64,000 bases of DNA from Polyangiales bacterium (GTDB lineage: Bacteria > Myxococcota_A > Polyangia > Polyangiales > Polyangiaceae): NCBI GenBank assembly GCA_038231275.1, contig JBBRLQ010000007.1:128001-192000 (forward strand), in the 5' to 3' direction. The notes under the pieces are model-generated. The model was not told the origin of the DNA and searched no databases. It saw only the letters and a program-made list of their open reading frames with translations. Shown piece after piece: positions 1 to 9,885 of the stretch (its first letter is position 1; each line of letters begins with the position of its first letter). A program made the position numbers and the translations under genes.

Positions 1-871
1 CCTCGCGGAACTCGCCGACGTTGACCATCGTGAGGAGATCGCGGTGCGTCGCCGAGACGAAGCGCACGTCGATGGTGCGGTACGTCGTCTCGCCGATTCG
101 ACGGACCGTGCGCGACTCGAGGACGCGCAGGAGCTTGGGCTGCATGGAGATCGGCATCTCGCCGATCTCGTCGAGGAACACGGTGCCGCCGTCCGCCGAC
201 TCGATCGCGCCGGCGCGGGCGCCGACCGCACCGGTGAATGCGCCCTTGGCGTGGCCGAAGAGCTCCGCGTCGAGCAGGTTCTCCGGGAGCGCCGCGCAGT
301 CGACGACGACGAAAGGCTTCGTCGCGCGAGGCGACGCGTCGTGGATGGCGCGGGCGACGAGCTCCTTGCCGGTCCCGGTTTCTCCCTGGATGAACACCGA
401 GGTGTCCATGGGCGCGACCTTGGCGAGGCGTGCGAAGAGCTCGCGCATTGGTGTGCTGCGTCCGACGAGCTTCTCGAAGATGTCGTGCGGCCACAGATCG
501 ACCGGGCGCTTGGCCGCCGCGTTGTAGTCGACGAGGAAATCCGTGGAACCGAGGCGCACCCGCGCTCCCTGCGGGACGAGCGCGCCGGTCACCTGGAGGC
601 CTTCGACGAACGTCCCGTTGCGGCTCCCCAGATCGCGCACCCAGAGGCCGTCCTCGCGCGCCTCGAACTCGGCGTGGAGGCGTGACACCGTCGGGTCCTG
701 CACGACGAGGCCGCTTCCGGGCGCCGAGCCAACGACGACAGGGCCTTCGATGAGGCGCCCCTGTCGGCCACTGGCGTCCGTCCACTCGACCCTCGGCCGG
801 CTGCGAAACTGCGGGGCGAACGCGGCTTGGTTCAGCTGCGTCTCCTCGGGCGGCGGCTCGGAGTAAGGCAT
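1..871 (-). CDS. FHA-domain sigma54-dependent enhancer-binding protein (3' end runs off the window)
   Basis: Manual translation from ATG 871, which is not in the ORF track because it has no stop in the window. FHA motifs (VSRLHA, DLGSRNGT) are followed by AAA+ Walker A GETGTGKE, GAFTGA and FLDEIGE. Confidence 0.93.
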   Translation of the reverse strand, partial: MPYSEPPPEETQLNQAAFAPQFRSRPRVEWTDASGRQGRLIEGPVVVGSAPGSGLVVQDPTVSRLHAEFEAREDGLWVRDLGSRNGTFVEGLQVTGALVPQGARVRLGSTDFLVDYNAAAKRPVDLWPHDIFEKLVGRSTPMRELFARLAKVAPMDTSVFIQGETGTGKELVARAIHDASPRATKPFVVVDCAALPENLLDAELFGHAKGAFTGAVGARAGAIESADGGTVFLDEIGEMPISMQPKLLRVLESRTVRRIGETTYRTIDVRFVSATHRDLLTMVNVGEFRE

Positions 872-1002
872 TGGGCCACCCAGTATACCGTCTCTGCCCT
901 GTCCACAACGGAGTGTCGGCGTGATGCCCCGCAGACGACAGGTTCCCTCGTTGGTGGCCGTGGGGTCCACGCTCCGTCACGCCCCTTCCACGAGTTCAGC
1001 AG

Positions 1003-1018
1003 TGGAACGGGCCTTGCT
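1003..1018 (+). promoter_or_regulatory. Putative sigma54 (-24/-12) promoter
   Basis: TGGAACG-GGCC-TTGCT has exact GG-N10-GC spacing and one mismatch to TGGCACG-N4-TTGCW. It lies divergent from the sigma54 activator gene, and the predicted +1 (~1029) falls next to ATG 1030. Confidence 0.7.
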
Positions 1019-1029
1019 CAGTGGTTGAC

Positions 1030-1677
1030 ATGGTGCCCACCAAGCCCTTCGCCAAGGCCGCGGGACCCCGCTTCGCCCAGCTGGGCACGGTAAGAGTGCT
1101 AGACGTCGCCGACGCGAGCCGTACGGCGGCGGTCGCATTTCTCGAAGGGACCGCGACCGGATGGGGTCGAGCGGAGCTGGCCGCGTGGCTCACGGGCGCC
1201 TACCGCGCCTCGACCACGCGCAACCCGACCGCGCTCGCGGGCGCAGGCAACGGCGACACGACGATCTCCGACGGCACCGTGGAGCGCGTCCTCTTGCGCA
1301 CGCGCGAGCGCCTCATCGACCTCTTGGCAGGCGGCGCGTGCGAGTGGAGCAAGGCGGGATTCACGACGCACGCCGTCGAAGCAGGGCTCGTCGTTGGCGT
1401 CACCGACGAGAGCGGCGCGCTGGGGTATGCCCCGCTCGATCTGCCCGGGATGCGCCTCTACGATCGCGTGTCCGCGCTGTTCGTCGCCGACTACCTCACG
1501 CGTCCTCGCGACTACGAGGGGCTCTCGCTCTGCGAAGAGTGCTCGGAGCTCTCGTTTTCTTGGGCGCCGTCTCACCACCGCCACTGCTCCACTCCTCCCG
1601 TGGTCAGCGGGGTCGTCGCACGTCACACGGGGCTCGTCGCACCGATCACGAGCAGGGGCCTGGGAGACGACAGCTAG
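1030..1677 (+). CDS. Hypothetical protein with C-terminal Cys/His cluster (CGNR-type zinc-finger-like)
   Basis: ORF 1021-1677, with ATG at 1030. Contains LSLCEECSELSFSWAPSHHRHCS. Confidence 0.6.
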   Translation: MVPTKPFAKAAGPRFAQLGTVRVLDVADASRTAAVAFLEGTATGWGRAELAAWLTGAYRASTTRNPTALAGAGNGDTTISDGTVERVLLRTRERLIDLLAGGACEWSKAGFTTHAVEAGLVVGVTDESGALGYAPLDLPGMRLYDRVSALFVADYLTRPRDYEGLSLCEECSELSFSWAPSHHRHCSTPPVVSGVVARHTGLVAPITSRGLGDDS

Positions 1678-1702
1678 AGCGCGTACGCTTCGCGCAGGCT
1701 CG

Positions 1703-2443
1703 ATGAGGCGCTCCATCCCCGAGGACTCGGTCGACGTGTGGGCAGTTCGGCCGGCGACCGTCGAGCCGGCGTACATCGCGGCGTACCGCGGGCTCCTGAC
1801 TCCGGACGAGGAGGCCCGCGCCGCGCGCTATCGGTTCGACGAGCACCGACGCGAGTATCTGGTGACGCGCGCCCTCGTTCGAACGACGCTTTCCCGCTAC
1901 CGCGACGTCGCGCCGAAGGACTGGCGCTTCACTGCGAACGCCTACGGGAGGCCCTCGACGTCTCCGGCGTGTGGTCTCGAGTTCAATCTGTCGAACACTC
2001 TCTCGCTCGTTGTCTGCGCAGTCTCCGAGCATCGCGAGCTCGGCATCGACGTGGAGCCGCTGGCTCGCGCGAAGGACATTCTCGAGGTCGCCGAGACCGT
2101 CTTCACCGACGTCGAGCGCGCCGAGCTGCGCGCCCTCGACGCCGCGGGCGCGGCCGACCGTGCGGTCTCGTTGTGGACGCTGAAAGAGGCGTACATGAAG
2201 GCGCGGGGAATGGGGATGAGCCTGCCGCCGAAGGAGATCTCGCTGGGGTTTCCGAGCGGTGGAGCGCCGTCCATCGAGGTCGCCGCCCAGTACGCGGACG
2301 GTCGCACGTGGTCGCTTCGTACCGTAGACGTGGACGGACATCGCCTAGCGTTGGCCGTAGCAGCGCCGAGCTCCGTGGAGCTCCTGACGACGGTACAGAT
2401 TGTGATTCCAGAATTGTTCGAAGGAGGACCTCGTGAATCGTGA
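1703..2443 (+). CDS. Sfp-type 4'-phosphopantetheinyl transferase
   Basis: Motifs YGRP, FNLSNT, LGIDVE and WTLKEAYMKARGMG. ATG 1703 is in frame with ORF 1394-2443. Confidence 0.93.
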   Translation: MRRSIPEDSVDVWAVRPATVEPAYIAAYRGLLTPDEEARAARYRFDEHRREYLVTRALVRTTLSRYRDVAPKDWRFTANAYGRPSTSPACGLEFNLSNTLSLVVCAVSEHRELGIDVEPLARAKDILEVAETVFTDVERAELRALDAAGAADRAVSLWTLKEAYMKARGMGMSLPPKEISLGFPSGGAPSIEVAAQYADGRTWSLRTVDVDGHRLALAVAAPSSVELLTTVQIVIPELFEGGPRES

Positions 2444-2495
2444 ATGCCGCAGCTCGGTCGGTCTCTTGGCCCACGTTTCGCAGGTACGCGGCCCG

Positions 2496-3221
2496 ATGAA
2501 TCGACGTGCGACGACGCTGTTGCCGATACTGACCGTCCTTGCCCTCGGGTGCGGAGGAGCGAGGCCCGCGGGCTCTCGGGCTCAGGCCGATGCCGCGCTG
2601 CCCGAGGCGCTGACGTGCGACGGTGCGCTGCCTCCTGGCGAACGCATCGCCATGGAGCCGGGCGGGACGGAGGCGAGGCGGCAAGTGACGCAACCCATGA
2701 GCGCGGGCGGTGCAGAGGGCCTACGCATGTTCAAGCAGCAGCGGTGGGACGCGTCCATTCCCTTCCTGCGAAACGCTGCGGGTGGGCGAGGTGGTGACGA
2801 TCGCGCGAACCGCGATCTGTCGCAATTCCGCCTCGGGGTCGCGCTCCTCTTCACCGGCCAGGACAGCGAGGCGAAGGCGCTGCTCGGCGTCATCGCGCGC
2901 GACCCGGCGAACGCCGCACGACCGGAGATGCTTGTCTGGCTCGCGGATACGTCCGTCGTCCACCCGGGCCTGGCCCACTACTTCGGCGCGTTCGACGACG
3001 CCGACGTGGCCGCCATCGAAGGACCCGAGGCGCAGAGATCCAAGGTCAATTACATGATTGGACGGCAGCGGTTCGAACAGAAGACCTTCGCCGACGCGAT
3101 GTTCTTCTTCTCTCAGGTGAAGCCGCCGAGCACGTTCACGCGCCACGCGCAGCGCTGCGTCGCCAAGATCGATGCGAACACCAATGCGGCGAGAGGCGCC
3201 ACGCCCCAGGCCGCGCGCTGA
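2496..3221 (+). CDS. Lipoprotein, helical/TPR-like
   Basis: Signal peptide and lipobox MNRRATTLLPILTVLALG-C, followed by TPR-like helices (FRLGVALL, YMIGRQRF). Confidence 0.65.
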   Translation: MNRRATTLLPILTVLALGCGGARPAGSRAQADAALPEALTCDGALPPGERIAMEPGGTEARRQVTQPMSAGGAEGLRMFKQQRWDASIPFLRNAAGGRGGDDRANRDLSQFRLGVALLFTGQDSEAKALLGVIARDPANAARPEMLVWLADTSVVHPGLAHYFGAFDDADVAAIEGPEAQRSKVNYMIGRQRFEQKTFADAMFFFSQVKPPSTFTRHAQRCVAKIDANTNAARGATPQAAR

Positions 3222-3228
3222 AGCGCCG

Positions 3229-4254
3229 TCATATCTGAGAGGGCGAGGTCACGCGGACGAGGATTGCCGTGATGTTGTCGAGGCCACCCTTCTCGTTCGC
3301 GACGGCGATCAGCCGCTCGACCGCCGCCTCCGGGTTCTTCTCCGCGACGAGCACTTTCGCGATTCCTTCACTCGATACCATCTTGCTCAGGCCGTCGGAG
3401 CAAAGGAGGTAGACGTCGTCGGGCAGCGGCTTCGCGAAGATGATGTCGATCGGCACGAGCGGCCAGACCCCGATGGCGCGCGAGAGATGTCCACCCTCGG
3501 GGCCCGTGATTCCGTGCTGCTTCATGGTGTGGTCGGTGGTCATCCGCTTCAAGACGCCGTCGCGTAGTCGGTAGGCGCGGCTGTCGCCGACGTGACCGAG
3601 GTAGAGGCGCTGCTTGTTCGGCGAGAAACGGGCGGCAGTGAGCGTCGTCCCCATCCCGCTGAGCGCTTTGTCGCGGCTAGCTCTGGCCAGCACGGCGGCG
3701 TTGGCCATTTGCATCGCCCGCGCGAGCTCCGACGCCCGCCGCGGAAGGTTGTCGTGAGGGGCGCCGTCGAACTTCTGCTCGGCGAGCGCGCGTCCGATCG
3801 TCTCCACCGCGAGCTTGCTCGCGATCTCGCCGCCGCGGTAACCGCCCATGCCGTCGGCGACGACGAAGGTGGAGTTCGCGTCGTCGATGAGCAAGCTGTC
3901 CTCGTTCGCCTTCCGGCGCTTGCCCTTGTCCGTCTGCGCCTTCGCGGAGACGAGGATGAGCGCCGAGGCTTGCGTCGGCTCGTCGGTCGCGGCGTCGTCG
4001 TCGTAGACGATCGCGGTCGTCGGGGGCTGCTGCACGCCCTGCGTGACGTCGGAGCCGACCTTGGTGGGATCGATGCTCGCGTCCTCTTCGTAGTCGATGC
4101 GCGGCAGATCGCCGAGCGTGGGACGGCGTTCCCCCTGGGGGCCGAGCTTCGGCGCGGCAGGAGAGGCGGCCTCCTCGGGAGGCGCGGTGAAATAGGCGAC
4201 CACGAGCGCGATGGTGAAGCCCGCGCCGAGCAGGACCCAAAGCCAGCTGTTCAC
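3229..4254 (-). CDS. PP2C/PPM-family Ser/Thr phosphatase with N-terminal membrane anchor
   Basis: Motifs [24 protein letters not shown] and DNIT, with a hydrophobic N-terminus. GTG 4254 overlaps the mbtH stop (GTGA). Confidence 0.92.
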   Translation of the reverse strand: MNSWLWVLLGAGFTIALVVAYFTAPPEEAASPAAPKLGPQGERRPTLGDLPRIDYEEDASIDPTKVGSDVTQGVQQPPTTAIVYDDDAATDEPTQASALILVSAKAQTDKGKRRKANEDSLLIDDANSTFVVADGMGGYRGGEIASKLAVETIGRALAEQKFDGAPHDNLPRRASELARAMQMANAAVLARASRDKALSGMGTTLTAARFSPNKQRLYLGHVGDSRAYRLRDGVLKRMTTDHTMKQHGITGPEGGHLSRAIGVWPLVPIDIIFAKPLPDDVYLLCSDGLSKMVSSEGIAKVLVAEKNPEAAVERLIAVANEKGGLDNITAILVRVTSPSQI

Positions 4255-4496
4255 GGCGCCGAGGTGCCCTTGTCCTTCGCCTCTTGCTCGGCCATCCACT
4301 TGCGAAGGCTCAGCGGACGCATGTCCGTCCAGACCTCGCCGATGTGCTTCAGGCACTCCGCCTTCGGTCCGCTCTTGCCGTCCGTTCGCCACCCCGCGGG
4401 CACGTCGCGATCGGCGAGCCAGATCGAGTATTGCTCCTCGTCGTTGATCACGACGATGTATGCGCGCGTGTCCTCTTCTTCGTCGGCGGGGGGCAT
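4251..4496 (-). CDS. mbtH: MbtH-like protein
   Basis: Canonical MbtH pattern [11 protein letters not shown]...PAGW...[18 protein letters not shown]; 81 aa. Confidence 0.96.
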   Translation of the reverse strand: MPPADEEEDTRAYIVVINDEEQYSIWLADRDVPAGWRTDGKSGPKAECLKHIGEVWTDMRPLSLRKWMAEQEAKDKGTSAP

Positions 4497-4556
4497 GAGG
4501 CGAGAGTAGCCGATTTCGAAGGCACTTTGGTTCTCCATGGGGGTAGCTTCAACTTC

Positions 4557-5357
4557 GTGAGGCTCCTCGCCATCAGCGACACACACCTGCGCTCGCCGGG
4601 GAACCGAGCCTTCGTGGAAGGTCTGCCGCCGCAGCCCGACGACTGGCTCATCCTCGGCGGAGACGTCTGCGAACGTGAGGAAGATCTCGCGTTCGTGCTC
4701 GACACCCTCGGCCCGAAATTCGCGAAGCTCATTTGGATCCCGGGAAATCACGAGCTCTGGACGGTCCCGCAAGGGGGACTACGGGGTGTGCAGAGGTACG
4801 AACGCTTCGTCGCGATCTGCCGCGCGCGCGGCGTGTTGACGCCCGAGGACCCCTATCCCTCGTGGCCCGGCGATGGGCCGCCGACCGTCATCGCGCCGCT
4901 TTTCCTCCTCTACGACTACTCGTTTCGACCGGACGAGGTGAGCCGCGAGGGGGCCATCGACTGGGCGATGGAGCATGATCTGCTCTGCGCCGACGAGAAG
5001 CTCCTTCATCCCGATCCGTACGCGACGCGTGACGCGTGGTGCGAGGCCCGCTGCGCGTCGACCGAGGAGAGGCTCGCCGCGCTCGGGTCCGATGTGCAGA
5101 CCGTCCTCGTGAACCATTTCCCGCTTCGTCGCGCGCACGCGCGGTTGCCGCTCATCCCGCGCTTCTCGATTTGGTGCGGCACGCGGCGCACCGAAGAGTG
5201 GCACCTTCGTTTTCGCGCGCGCGCCGTCGTCTACGGCCACCTCCACATCCGTCGTACGCACGTCGAGGACGGGGTGCGGTTCGAGGAGGTCTCGTTGGGC
5301 TACTCCGGTCAGTGGTCCGGCGATCCGTCGCGGTACCTCCGCGTCGTCCTCGAGTGA
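4557..5357 (+). CDS. Calcineurin-like metallophosphoesterase, PptH (carrier-protein phosphopantetheine hydrolase)-like
   Basis: Motifs [57 protein letters not shown] and RFEEVSLGY closely match M. tuberculosis Rv2795c/PptH as I recall it. Confidence 0.85.
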   Translation: MRLLAISDTHLRSPGNRAFVEGLPPQPDDWLILGGDVCEREEDLAFVLDTLGPKFAKLIWIPGNHELWTVPQGGLRGVQRYERFVAICRARGVLTPEDPYPSWPGDGPPTVIAPLFLLYDYSFRPDEVSREGAIDWAMEHDLLCADEKLLHPDPYATRDAWCEARCASTEERLAALGSDVQTVLVNHFPLRRAHARLPLIPRFSIWCGTRRTEEWHLRFRARAVVYGHLHIRRTHVEDGVRFEEVSLGYSGQWSGDPSRYLRVVLE

Positions 5358-5376
5358 CCGGACTTCCGCGCGCGCT

Positions 5377-6609
5377 TCAACGTCTCGGGCGGCGAGAGCG
5401 TCCGGCGGGGAGGCTGGCCGCCGAGTCCACGAAGATGGGGAGGTTCACATCGGTCTCCGCTTCCGTGGGCGATTGCGCGCGGACTCCGCGGCCCTTCGCA
5501 AATTGCGTCCCGCGCGCGATCCCTTCCGCGCGGATCTTCGCCCAGCACTCGAGCAGCGCTTGCCGGAACGCCGCGGCATTCGCGTACCTCCGGATGCGCT
5601 GCTTCGCGAGCGCGTGCCCGATGACCTGCTCGAGCTCTTGTGGGACGTCGTCGCGCGAGATGCGGATGCTCTCCGGCTCGCGCAGCGCGATCGACGCGAT
5701 GAGCGTGTGGTAGTTCGGCGCGTCGAAGGCGCGGTGGCCGGCAAGCATCTCGTAGAGGACGAGCCCCGACGCCCAGACGTCCGCGCGCTCGTCGAGGTTC
5801 TTCGGGGCGTCGAGCTGCTCGGGCGATAGGTAGTGCGGCGTTCCGGGGATCACGCCGGTCTCGGTGATGGAGCTGAGATCCTCGGGCTGGCTCATGCGCA
5901 TCCACGTCGGGAGGAGCTTCGCCAGACCGAAGTCGATGAGCTTCGCGATCGGCGCTTGCCCGCGCGGGCTGATCAGGAACACGTTGCTCGGCTTCACGTC
6001 GCGATGGAGCACGCCGCGCGCGTGGGCGGCCGAAAGTCCATCGAGCAGCTGGAGTGCCACGGAGATCGCGTCGCCGAGTGCCATCGGCCCTTCTTCGTAG
6101 AGGCGCGAGCGCAGCGTCTCTCCGTGGAGCCGCTCCATCACGATGTACGGCGATCCGTCCTTCACCGTGCCGCTGCCGAAGACTTGGCAGACGTTGGGAT
6201 GACGGAGCGCGTGCGCGGCGCGACGCTCGCGTCGAAACCTCCGGAGGTTCTCCGAGTTGAACGCCGACGGGTGCAGGACCTTCAGCGCGATCTCCTGCCC
6301 ACTGTCGACGTCGACCGCCGAGAAGACCACGCCCATCCCGCCCGCACCGATGACGCTCGCGATGCGGAAGCGACCCTCGACGAGCTGCCCGATCAGACCG
6401 TCGGCGGCCGTCTTGCGCGCCTGGAGCACATGCCCGCTCGATCGAAGCTGGTTCGGCGCGAGCGACGAGTCCCGATCGCGCGTCTCGGCGTCCTGTGGGG
6501 TGCGGCGTCGGGGGGGATTGGGAATCACGAGATCGTGCGGCCGACGGGTGCTCGCCGGGCCATCCTCGTGGAGCGGAGGACGTCGGGGAGGGGGAAAGCG
6601 CCGCACCAT
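5377..6609 (-). CDS. Cytoplasmic Hanks-type Ser/Thr protein kinase
   Basis: Motifs GAGGMGVV, ALK, HRDVKPSN, DFG, SPE and DVW. No transmembrane segment; start uncertain. Confidence 0.9.
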   Translation of the reverse strand: MVRRFPPPRRPPLHEDGPASTRRPHDLVIPNPPRRRTPQDAETRDRDSSLAPNQLRSSGHVLQARKTAADGLIGQLVEGRFRIASVIGAGGMGVVFSAVDVDSGQEIALKVLHPSAFNSENLRRFRRERRAAHALRHPNVCQVFGSGTVKDGSPYIVMERLHGETLRSRLYEEGPMALGDAISVALQLLDGLSAAHARGVLHRDVKPSNVFLISPRGQAPIAKLIDFGLAKLLPTWMRMSQPEDLSSITETGVIPGTPHYLSPEQLDAPKNLDERADVWASGLVLYEMLAGHRAFDAPNYHTLIASIALREPESIRISRDDVPQELEQVIGHALAKQRIRRYANAAAFRQALLECWAKIRAEGIARGTQFAKGRGVRAQSPTEAETDVNLPIFVDSAASLPAGRSRRPRR

Positions 6610-6808
6610 CTCGCTAAGCATGCACCATGCCCATGCCAAACGACCAGATTCCGTGGGCTCTTGGTGGCCCGTGGTGACGGTGTGGATGGCCAGGCTTCGG
6701 GCGTGTCGACGTGGACGCGACGGTAGGCGCGAGAGCTGCTTTGTGGGTGTTCGTGCGCGGTGAACACGAGCGACCACTTGCGGTACGGTGATTGGACCGA
6801 TCACCCGC

Positions 6809-7561
6809 ATGCCTCGGCCCACCGATCTAGCTTCACGCGTTCCCTTCCGTCTGCCCCGTCCGTCGGCCAATGTTCGTCTTTTTTGTCTCCCGTTCGCCGG
6901 CGGCGGCGCCGTCAACTACCGCGGGTGGGAGCGGTCGTTGCCCGAGTCGATCGAGGTGTGCCCGGTCGAGCTCCCAGGTCGTGGAACGCGTTTTCGCGAG
7001 GCTCCTCTGGCGGCGATGGGGGCGCTCGTCGACGACCTCCTCGCCGGCCTCGCGCCGCTCTTCGATCGCCCGGTGGCGTTCTTCGGCCACAGCATGGGCG
7101 CTCGCATCGCGCTCGAGCTCGCGCGGCGTCACGGCGACGACGTCGTGCATCTCTTCGCGTCCGGCGCGCCGGCTCCGCACCTCGATCGGCCCTCGGTCGG
7201 GCGGTCGTGGACGAGGTTGTCCAACGCGGAGCTCGTGGAGCAGCTGCGCGCCTGGGGAGGCACGCCGCCGGCAATCATCGACAACGCCGAGCTGATGGAG
7301 CTCGCGCTTCCCGTTCTGAGGAGCGACCTCTCCCTCATCGAGACGTACGAGGGCACCGTCGAACCTCCGCTCGCGTGCGACCTGACGGCCTTCGCCGGGA
7401 TCGATGATCACGAAGTGCCGGTCCGTGACGTCGGCGCGTGGGCGAACTACACGCGCGCGTCGTTCTCCCTGGTCGAGGTAGAAGGCGATCACTTCTTCGT
7501 GAACGACGCGCGCGGTCGCGAGACGATCTTCCGCGCCATCGTGCGTTCGCTGGTACCTTGA
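6809..7561 (+). CDS. Type II (editing) thioesterase, GrsT-like
   Basis: Motifs RLFCLPFAGGG, ELPGRG, FFGHSMG, LPVLRSD and GDHFF. Confidence 0.93.
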   Translation: MPRPTDLASRVPFRLPRPSANVRLFCLPFAGGGAVNYRGWERSLPESIEVCPVELPGRGTRFREAPLAAMGALVDDLLAGLAPLFDRPVAFFGHSMGARIALELARRHGDDVVHLFASGAPAPHLDRPSVGRSWTRLSNAELVEQLRAWGGTPPAIIDNAELMELALPVLRSDLSLIETYEGTVEPPLACDLTAFAGIDDHEVPVRDVGAWANYTRASFSLVEVEGDHFFVNDARGRETIFRAIVRSLVP

Positions 7562-7568
7562 CCGAACG

Positions 7569-8414
7569 ATGAAGGCACACCTCTTCGCGTCGATCGCCGC
7601 AGCGTGCGCTGTCGGGTGCGGCGCCTCCCAGGTCAAGGTCATCGGCGCGGAAGGTCCCGAGTACTCCGCGACGCAGCGCGCCGACCCCAACCTCCGCGGG
7701 CACGCGCACAACGACAGCACGATCGAGCTCCCGAGCGACGAGCAGATCGTCGAGCCCGCGCATCCCGCCGTCGGCACGCCGCAAGAGCGCGCGCTCGTCC
7801 ACATCCACACGCCGAAAGCGGTCTGCTCGGGCGTCGTGATCGGCCCGCGCCTCATCCTCACCGCCCACCAGTGTGTCGCTCCCGAGGCGCGCGCGGCCGC
7901 GGCGGTCGTCGGCTTGCACCGCGTCGAGGTCGCGTCGAGCACGCTGACGTGGACCAACCGCGAGGCGTCGCACTTCGTGGTGCCCGCATGCGAGTGGTCG
8001 AAGCTCGATCTTGCGGTGATGATCCTGAAGGAGCCCGTCGAGTGGGTCCAGCCGCTCAAGGTCACCTCGGCCCCTGGTCCTGGCGGCGGCGTCCAGGCGC
8101 TCGGCTTCGGCAAGTGCGTCGGCGAGACGCGCGGCGTGCACGAGCGTATCGGCGCGGTGCTGAGCAGCGAGCCCGACGCAGTCATCATCGATGTCCCCTT
8201 GTGCCGTGGCGACGTTGGCGGCCCGGTCGTCGAGCGCGCCGCAGGAGATCTCGTCGGCGTCATTTCGCACCAGGACGATCCCGACGGCTCGCCCCGCCGA
8301 ACCACCACGATCGTGCGCTTCGACACGGTCGCCACCCGCGCGCTCGTCGATCAAGCCGCGGCGATCCTCAAGGGCGGCGATCCCGCGAAGCTCACGCCGC
8401 TCGCCTGCGAATGA
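7569..8414 (+). CDS. Trypsin-like (S1) lipoprotein with degenerate catalytic motifs
   Basis: Lipobox AVG-C. Motifs CSGVVIGPRLILTAHQC, DLAV and CRGDVGGP (GDSGG expected). Confidence 0.8.
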   Translation: MKAHLFASIAAACAVGCGASQVKVIGAEGPEYSATQRADPNLRGHAHNDSTIELPSDEQIVEPAHPAVGTPQERALVHIHTPKAVCSGVVIGPRLILTAHQCVAPEARAAAAVVGLHRVEVASSTLTWTNREASHFVVPACEWSKLDLAVMILKEPVEWVQPLKVTSAPGPGGGVQALGFGKCVGETRGVHERIGAVLSSEPDAVIIDVPLCRGDVGGPVVERAAGDLVGVISHQDDPDGSPRRTTTIVRFDTVATRALVDQAAAILKGGDPAKLTPLACE

Positions 8415-8444
8415 CCGCGCGTCGGCGTGGTAGAGTCCGCGCCC

Positions 8445-9845
8445 ATGAGCGCCACGTCCGTTCGTGAAATCCTCCGCGGCTCACTCCCCGCCGGCAGCAA
8501 GGTCAAGGTCCAGGGCTGGGTCCGCACCCGCCGCGACTCGAAGGCGGGCCTGTCGTTCGTCCACGTCAGCGACGGCTCGTGCTTCGATCCGATCCAGGTC
8601 GTCGCGCCGAGCGCCCTCCCCAACTACGTCAGCGAGGTCCTCAAAATCACCGCGGGCTGCGCGGTCGAGGTCGAGGGCGAGGTCGTGGCCTCGCAAGGCC
8701 AAGGCCAGAAGCTCGAGGTGAGCGCCGCATCGGTGCGCGTCGTCGGTTGGGTCGAAGATCCCGAGAAGTATCCGATCCAACCCAAGCCCCACAGCCTCGA
8801 GTTCCTGCGAGAGGTGGCGCACCTCCGGCCGCGCACCAACACGTTCGGCGCCGTGTCCCGTGTCCGTCACACGATGGCGCAGGCGATGCACCGCTTCTTC
8901 GATCAGCAGGGCTTCGTCTGGGTGAACACGCCCATCGTGACGACCAGCGACGCCGAGGGCGCCGGCCACATGTTCCGCGTCAGCACGCTCGACGCGCTCA
9001 ACATGCCCAAGGGACCCGACGGCCAGATCGACTACGCGCAGGATTTTTTCGGCAAGCCCGCCTTCCTCACAGTGAGCGGCCAGCTCAACGTCGAGTCCTA
9101 CTGCCTCGCGCTCTCCAAGGTCTACACGTTCGGTCCCACGTTCCGCGCCGAGAACTCCAACACGACCCGCCACCTCGCGGAGTTCTGGATGGTCGAGCCC
9201 GAGATCGCTTTCGCGGATCTCACCGCCAACGCCGATCTCGCCGAGGCCTTCCTCAAGCACGTCGTGAAGGCGGTCCTCACCGAGCGCCCCGACGACATGA
9301 AGTTCTTCGTCGACCGCATCGAGAAGACGGCCATCTCCCGCCTCGAGAAGCTCGTCGACGTCCAGTTCGAGCGCATCGACTACGGCGAAGCGGTGAAGCT
9401 CCTCGAGGCGTCGAAGAAAAAATTCGAGTTCCCCATCAAATGGGGCAGCGACCTCCAGACCGAGCACGAGCGGTACCTCACCGAGGAGAAGATCGGCCGC
9501 CCCGTCGTGGTCATGAACTACCCCGAGCAGATCAAGGCGTTCTACATGCGCCTGAACGACGACGAGAAGACCGTCGCGGCGATGGACATCCTCGCGCCCG
9601 GCATCGGCGAGATCATTGGCGGCTCGCAGCGCGAGGAGCGGCTCGATCACCTCGAGCGGCGCATGGAGAAGCTCAAGCTCGAGAAGAAGCACTACGAGTG
9701 GTACCTCGATCTTCGCCGCTACGGCACCGTCCCGCACGCGGGCTTCGGCCTCGGTTTCGAGCGGATGCTCGTGTACATCACCGGCCTCGGAAACATCCGC
9801 GACGCGATCCCGTACCCGCGCGCCCCAAAGACGGCGGAGTACTGA
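8445..9845 (+). CDS. asnS: Asparagine--tRNA ligase
   Basis: Motifs [48 protein letters not shown] and GFGLGFER. Confidence 0.98.
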   Translation: MSATSVREILRGSLPAGSKVKVQGWVRTRRDSKAGLSFVHVSDGSCFDPIQVVAPSALPNYVSEVLKITAGCAVEVEGEVVASQGQGQKLEVSAASVRVVGWVEDPEKYPIQPKPHSLEFLREVAHLRPRTNTFGAVSRVRHTMAQAMHRFFDQQGFVWVNTPIVTTSDAEGAGHMFRVSTLDALNMPKGPDGQIDYAQDFFGKPAFLTVSGQLNVESYCLALSKVYTFGPTFRAENSNTTRHLAEFWMVEPEIAFADLTANADLAEAFLKHVVKAVLTERPDDMKFFVDRIEKTAISRLEKLVDVQFERIDYGEAVKLLEASKKKFEFPIKWGSDLQTEHERYLTEEKIGRPVVVMNYPEQIKAFYMRLNDDEKTVAAMDILAPGIGEIIGGSQREERLDHLERRMEKLKLEKKHYEWYLDLRRYGTVPHAGFGLGFERMLVYITGLGNIRDAIPYPRAPKTAEY

Positions 9846-9885
9846 GTCTGTACCCACGGCGACCCGTGGGATGGGCTCGACCTCT

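Noticed and set aside
6617-6632. GG-N10-GC sigma54-like sequence on the minus strand near the kinase start
   Set aside because: It has several mismatches, and the predicted +1 would fall inside the proposed start region.
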